Made by a program: the position numbers and the translations under genes. Positions 54,026-64,000 of a stretch of 64,000 bases of DNA are shown piece after piece. This stretch comes from the human T2T-CHM13v2.0 reference genome, Homo sapiens. Location of the stretch: assembly GCF_009914755.1 (NCBI RefSeq), contig NC_060929.1; one strand, written 5' to 3'. How positions within the stretch are numbered: position 1 is the stretch's first letter; each line of letters opens with the position of its first letter. Below the pieces are notes generated by a model. It worked only from the letters and a program-made list of their open reading frames with translations, had not been told where the DNA came from and did no database searches.

Positions 54026-56596
54026 CCATATAGTCCCTTCAGATCCTTAAATTCATCTGCTACAAAAGAGTTTGGAAACAAAAAATAAAGAAAAACTGAA
54101 GATTGAAGGAGGATAATTACCATAGCAATATTGATGTGTTCATGAAGAAAGAAGATGGAAAAGGATGACTGAGAATTTTTCACTGAAATTTTAACAACTA
54201 ATGTCATGTTAGGAGGAGCTATAATGTATAAACATTTGGAGGTGTGGGGAGATTTTTTTAATTTATTAAATAAACAAACATATGTTTAGTGTTTACTCAG
54301 ATTGACTGTTGAAGGGGATTTAGAATGTGTAAACTATATGGTGTTTGGGAAAATTACACTTTCAACGCAAGGGTAACAAGTAAGTTTCAACTCATGTGCT
54401 AACACAATTTAATTGGCAGAGGTTGCCTGGAATGCTATGTAGACAGATTGCATAAGACTCTAGCTGGGCTCAGAAGTAAAGCATACAATAATTGATAAGT
54501 GATGTCTGACATGAAAACAGAGATGAATGTAGTTGCCCTCATGAGAAAGGTTCTCTTTTCCTAAGATAGTCTATTATTTTTTAATGCCTGTCTTCTACCT
54601 CTCAAGTGTATGCATTTTAAATTGCCCTGGCACCCAGAACAATCCTAGACAGTTGTCAATGCTAAATAATTGGTGTATACCTGAATTGATGTCTTCTGTT
54701 TAATTGTTAATGACAACCAGACAAATTCTACAAGCTCACATCTCCTTTGAGAGAGCCACAGTTCCTTTTTCTCTATGTCTTAATAAATATAGGGCTGAGG
54801 GTGCTCATTAAGTAGTAAATATTTACAAGTTGGAGAAGTTAGAATTGTTAAATGGCTAGTTGAACATCACTGAGCATGGCAATTTGTGGAAAGATGGCTG
54901 AGGCAGATGTCCCTGTCACAGACGGTCTTTCAAAATAGTCAGAGCGATGACTGAGAATTGCCAACTGAATGCAAGGAGAAAGAGTAAATTCTCATTTTGA
55001 GTTGGCAGCTTCTCCTGAGAGTAAGAAAGAAATTCAAGCTAGACCCATGACTGAGGACAAATCCGACCAGTTACTCCAAAACAAAAGCAAAGGGCCTTCC
55101 TGGCATATTATTTATCTGCTCCCTTACCTGACCAACAAGAGCATCAGAGCTTAGGATACCTGAAGTTTTCTTACACTTTAGGTTTGTGTTTACTTCCCAA
55201 TCCACATATTAACCATTTGGGTAACTTACTTAGACTTAAGAGTATGTATGATTTTAAAGCAACAGTTGTTTTTTTTGTTTGTTTGTTTTTGCTTGGGGAA
55301 AGCCAGAGAAATATTATACCAATATAAAAAGATATTTCACCCTTGACTAGATTTTAATGCTGTGTTTTTCAGCTCCAGGGAGGTAGCTGTTCCATTTATC
55401 CACATGTGCTCTCACATGCCGATTGACTTGTACTCAGAAACGTTGTATAATTACATGTGTATGTTTGTAAACCTAATTAGGTTTTGTTTTACTGAATTAC
55501 ATGTTAAATGGAATTTGATAATTCTCTCCAGGCTGTAAAAAGTGGTTTATCACCTTAAACCTAGATTGCCCTTTTCCCTCATCTCTTTCTCTGATGTTTA
55601 CATTGTTGTTTCAGGTTAGCAATAAAATTGAATTACTGAGAAATACCCTGATCACATTTTCCAAAGGATTAAAAAAAAAACATAATAAAGGAGGAAGTAT
55701 TTCAAGCAAGAAATGCCTAGTGCAGCTATATTCAGTGCACTGTGATAGATGGTCTCTCCTAGTCCAGGCCAGGTGGTCTAGTTTTAAGCCCAGTTGTGGA
55801 TGATGCAGTTAGACTACCCAGTATGGATTTTTTGTAACTAAAGATAATTTCAATTACACATATAGGAATAGAAAACTGAGAAGTAAGCCAGGAGAAGCAG
55901 AAGTAAGCTAGGAGGGACACAGGTATGCAGGATTGTTACACTCTATTTCTACCAGGTGGTGGTTCTGCTCTGAAAGCCCCTCTCAAAATTGAGAGTTAAT
56001 AGTTAAGGACTAAGTAAGCCACTTGATGTTCATTAGAAAACGTGCAGTACCTTTTATTGATTGAGCCCTATGGGCCAAAGACAGGATCCAGGGACAATAG
56101 AAATTAGAGAATCTATGAGATATCTCATTGGAAACAAATAAATATAAAGGCCATAGAATAATGTTCCAATCTCTAATAGATGCTAAAAAAAGCCAAACAG
56201 CAAATCTGGATAGCCAAAAAGTCTGACACTTTTAATCAAAGTATGAGTGGACCAGGGAAAACTATAAAGATCCACAGGGAAAGATTGTTTCAGTGTATCA
56301 GTGATACAGCATCTGACAAATCACCGGTGACTAGTGGCCACCAAATAAGCAGAACTTGGTATGATTCCATGCTGGACCTACGGGATCCTAGGGCACACCT
56401 ACAGTCAGAGTGAAGAGATGATGAGAATAAGCATCTTTGTGACTGAGAGATCATAATGGGGAGTTGAAGAGTGGAAAGATTGGTAAATGAAGAATTAGTA
56501 GATATGAATTACATGACACTGGAAAGGCAGTTAACCTCTGAGGTTGTCTTCTCTTAGGAGTTATAATTCTTATGCTGTACATTCAAATATTAAAAT

Positions 56597-56893
56597 CCAT
56601 GAAGGATTGGTCCCAGGACCTCCATGGATATTAAAATCCATGAATGCTCAAGTACCATATATAAAATAGCATAGTATTTGCATAAAACCTATGTACATGC
56701 TCTGTATACTTTAAATAATCTCTAGGTTACTTATAACACCTAAGACAATGTAAATGCTATGTTAAGAGTTATACTGTATCATTTAGGGAATAATGTAAAG
56801 AAAAAACTGAAATATTCAGTACAGACATAACCATCCATTTTTTCCCAAATATTTTCAATCTATGGTTGTTTGGACCCACAGATACAGAACACC
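56597..56893. mobile_element. MER2/MER2B (TcMar-Tigger) MITE inserted in a MIR
   Basis: GGATTGGTCCCAGGACC...AAAATCCATGAATGCTCAAGT; TGTATACTTTAAAT; TTTAGGGAATAATG. Confidence 0.88.
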
Positions 56894-57522
56894 AATTACC
56901 TTTCTTAGGATGGCTAGTGAAAATCGAATTGGAAAACACAAGTACATGATAAAATGCAATGTAAAGTTTATTATCTCTTGCATTATCTAGTTAAATAAAG
57001 GTCAAATTATAACTTGGTTTTAACTATTAGCACATTGTAACTTCTTTTGCTTGGATATTTCCTTAAAACACTTGGGAAATTCAGTGAGCTGCTTCTTTGA
57101 GCAACAACTTATATCTTTTTTTCTGAAACACTTGTTAGAGATACTTTGTTCTCCTCTTCTCCCACAGATCCATCAAATGTTTGAAAAATATTAGAATTGG
57201 AGCCAACACACAAATGTAAAAGGTAATTGTAATTATTATTGTCATATGAATTTCTCTTAGTACTAGGAAATACATATTTTCTGTGATAGTTGTTAATGTA
57301 CTTAAAGATCTGATTGCATTCATTAACCCATTCACTTATTTATTCATTTAAGAAACCCTTGTTATTAGAAAGTATTTACATAAATAAATAAGACATGGCT
57401 TTATTCAAAATAATCCAGGAAAATAATTAATATGTTATATAAAATGTAAATTTCAAAGAAGTAAATTTTATAGTATATAAAAACATTCAGTTGATAATCG
57501 AAAGAAACTTCTCCCACATTTT

Positions 57523-61455
<3,933 letters not shown>

Positions 61456-63436
61456 CCACATTTTAACCTCATCAGAAAATTGCAAGAGATTTGGTACCAG
61501 AATATAACACTACAAATTTTAGCTTTAATTTAAATAGAAACTCTTAACTCAATTATCCCCAACAGATCTTTTATTGGAAAATACATTTGAATATATATTT
61601 CTGGCATTTTATATTTTACTGTGGTATCTTCACATATAATTACTTTTATTAGGTTTCTACTGTTAAAAATTGCTATTCTTTTTTTGAAATCACTTCAAGT
61701 TTCCTTCATTCTTTTGTTTTCTTTATAATAAATTTTACCTTACTCATGATTATAAAATAATCTATTATGCCAAATGCAACAACTTAGTAATAAAAATATA
61801 ACATAAGCTTTGCATGAGTCTCCTCTGATAGGGGAGCTGACCTGTTACTTTTTCTGTCTCTAACAGCCATTCATGAATTTGTGATATTTGCAAATTAGCA
61901 GAATAATACATTTTTTTAAAAAAGTTTGATTTATTCTATAATCTGAATTAATCTCTTGGTTCAGATAAGTTTATTAAAAATGTAGATATACACAGGCCTT
62001 TCATTATTCAAACAATGAACACTAAAATGTTTTAAATTAGTTAAAAATAGAAGTATTTTTCACTCAGTAACATTTTCCTTTTCATGTGTGTGAATATATC
62101 ACCTCATATATTCCTGATAGAATAACTCAAATTGCCAGAATCTACCTTATCACAGGAACAAGTTGGCTTCAGCATCACAATGGAGTGAGGAAATTACTGT
62201 GAATCTAACATTTTAGGCCTGTCTGGAACCAACAGAAAGTCATGTCTTCTCTCTTGGTTCTATTTGGGATCTACTTAGGAAGCAAAGAACTGCTCATGGA
62301 TCCAGCATATCCATTTGGGGTTTTGCCTATGAAATAGATTACAGAATATCTTTCTCAGGGACCCAGCAATCTCTGTTTGTCTGTGAACTCCTGAAGGTTC
62401 TTTTCTTTTTCTACATCTAATAAATAAGTTATATTTGGCAGGAGGCAGCCTTGCTTTTTCTCATGATGCTTTATTCTGAATCATTTTTATGGGCCAGTAG
62501 TCCTTTTTGTTTCCCTAGAGCCTGTATATTTGACAATCAAAAGTCAGGAAAATCTGTTTTGTCCTCTGCTTTCTGCAGCAACATCCTGTCCTTAAGGCAG
62601 CAAAAACAGACCTGCCCAGATGCCTGCATGTGAGGAAGGACAATGTGGGAAAAGGGAACTTTGTCATATCCACGATATTTTCCTGTCACTGGGTAGTATC
62701 TCTCTATTATTAGCAGTCAAAGCAGCCTGTACATGTGCTATTACAATGTTCATATTTTATTTTAAGTAATATTCTGGCTTATTCATTATCATATTTTAAG
62801 TTCTGTGACAGCAGAGACTGCTTTTATTTTCACTGCTTAGCATGTGGTAAATTCTTAATAAATAACTGATGAATTAACACATGAATAAATAAGCCAATCA
62901 GACCAGTATTGAAGCCTCTTAGTGTAACTTAGTACAAAATCATTATAATATTTGGGAAAAAACCCACAATTTTGAATGAGTTGGACTACTTCAGCTTACA
63001 GTCATACCCCCATTTTCTGTCTCTGGCCCCTGTAGATATTTGGGTCTAGGGTGATTTGTCCTAGTTCTACAATGACATCCAGTGGAATGGAGCGAGAAAC
63101 CATACAGGCCAATGTGGTTCCCACATCAGTAAATATTCTGTTATGTAGATGAGCAGATAGAGATAGTCTTTGTTTTCAGGAGGGCTACAGAGAAGTTAGA
63201 AGAAAGGGTAAATAGTCATAGAAAGAGACTGTTCACTCAAAGGATAGTTAGTAAACCCATCATGTTCCTACAGCTACTCCTATTCCTACAGTTCCTGCTT
63301 TATATAATTATGTGATGCATGTACCCCATGAAACATAGAAGATACACAAATTAATAATTTATGAAGTACATGCTGGAATGACTGCTTTTATGTACATTCC
63401 TAATTTCATAATAATGTCAATGATAACTAACATTAA

Positions 63437-63727
63437 GGCTGGGTGAGGTGGCACATGCCTGTAATACCAGCATTTTGGTAGGCTGAGGCAGGAGGATTGC
63501 CTGAGTCCAGATATTAAAGACCAGCCTGGGCAACATAGCAAGACCCCATCTCTGAAAAAAAAATAGCCAGGCATGGTGGTACATGACTGTAGTCCTAGCT
63601 ACTCTGGAGGCTAAGGCAGGAGGATTATTTAAGCCTGGAAGGTTGAGGCTGCTTTAAGCCATGATCATGCCACTGCACTCAGCCTAGGTGACAGAGTGAG
63701 ATTCTGTCTCAAATAATAGTAATAATA
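63437..63727 (+). mobile_element. AluJ
   Basis: GGAGGATTGCCTGAG; GGGCAACATAGCAAGACC; an (AAT)n tail; degenerate TSD ATAACTAACATT/ATAACTGGCATT. Confidence 0.93.
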
Positions 63728-63995
63728 ATAACTGGCATTTATTGTTTGCTTACTGTCTTTATAATATTCTGGCCACTGCCCTGAACATTTTATGTGCATG
63801 ATCTCATTTAATCCTTTTAAAAATTCTATAGTATATATGCTGTTGTCATATCCACTTTACAGAAAAGAAACTGGGGATCAACGAAGACAAATGACTTTGC
63901 TCAAAGTCATAGAGTTAGTAGAGACTAATCCAGTACTTGAACAAATTATTTGACCACAAAGCCCGTGTATTCCACTACAAAGCCTGGCTGCCTCT
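63728..63995 (-). mobile_element. MIR
   Basis: ATCTCATTTAATCCT...CCACTTTACAGAAAAGAAACTG...AAAGTCATAGAG. Confidence 0.85.
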
Positions 63996-64000
63996 ATCAT

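Overview
AT-rich primate genomic DNA, very likely human because it contains an AluYb8-lineage element. It is intronic or intergenic and dominated by interspersed repeats: L1 of several ages, Alu/FRAM, MaLR and ERVL LTRs, MIR, L2 and hAT/Tigger MITEs. I can support no intact protein-coding gene or RNA gene; the listed ORFs are decayed L1/L2/Alu fragments or chance ORFs. I see no new biological system. The strongest structural signal is an apparent ~3.7 kb inversion (~6281-9940) between two oppositely oriented L1PA8-like copies. It is supported by a 15-bp target-site duplication (TSD) whose two copies now lie on opposite strands, and by two older L1s that are each split across the breakpoints. 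Other points of interest: shared private variants between neighbouring repeat copies (an L1PA8 pair and an AluY pair), a young and possibly polymorphic AluYb insertion, an L1 fragment inside a CCCT microsatellite, and several internally deleted L1s. Subfamily names come from remembered consensus sequences and need RepeatMasker/Dfam confirmation. Boundaries of ancient repeats are approximate.
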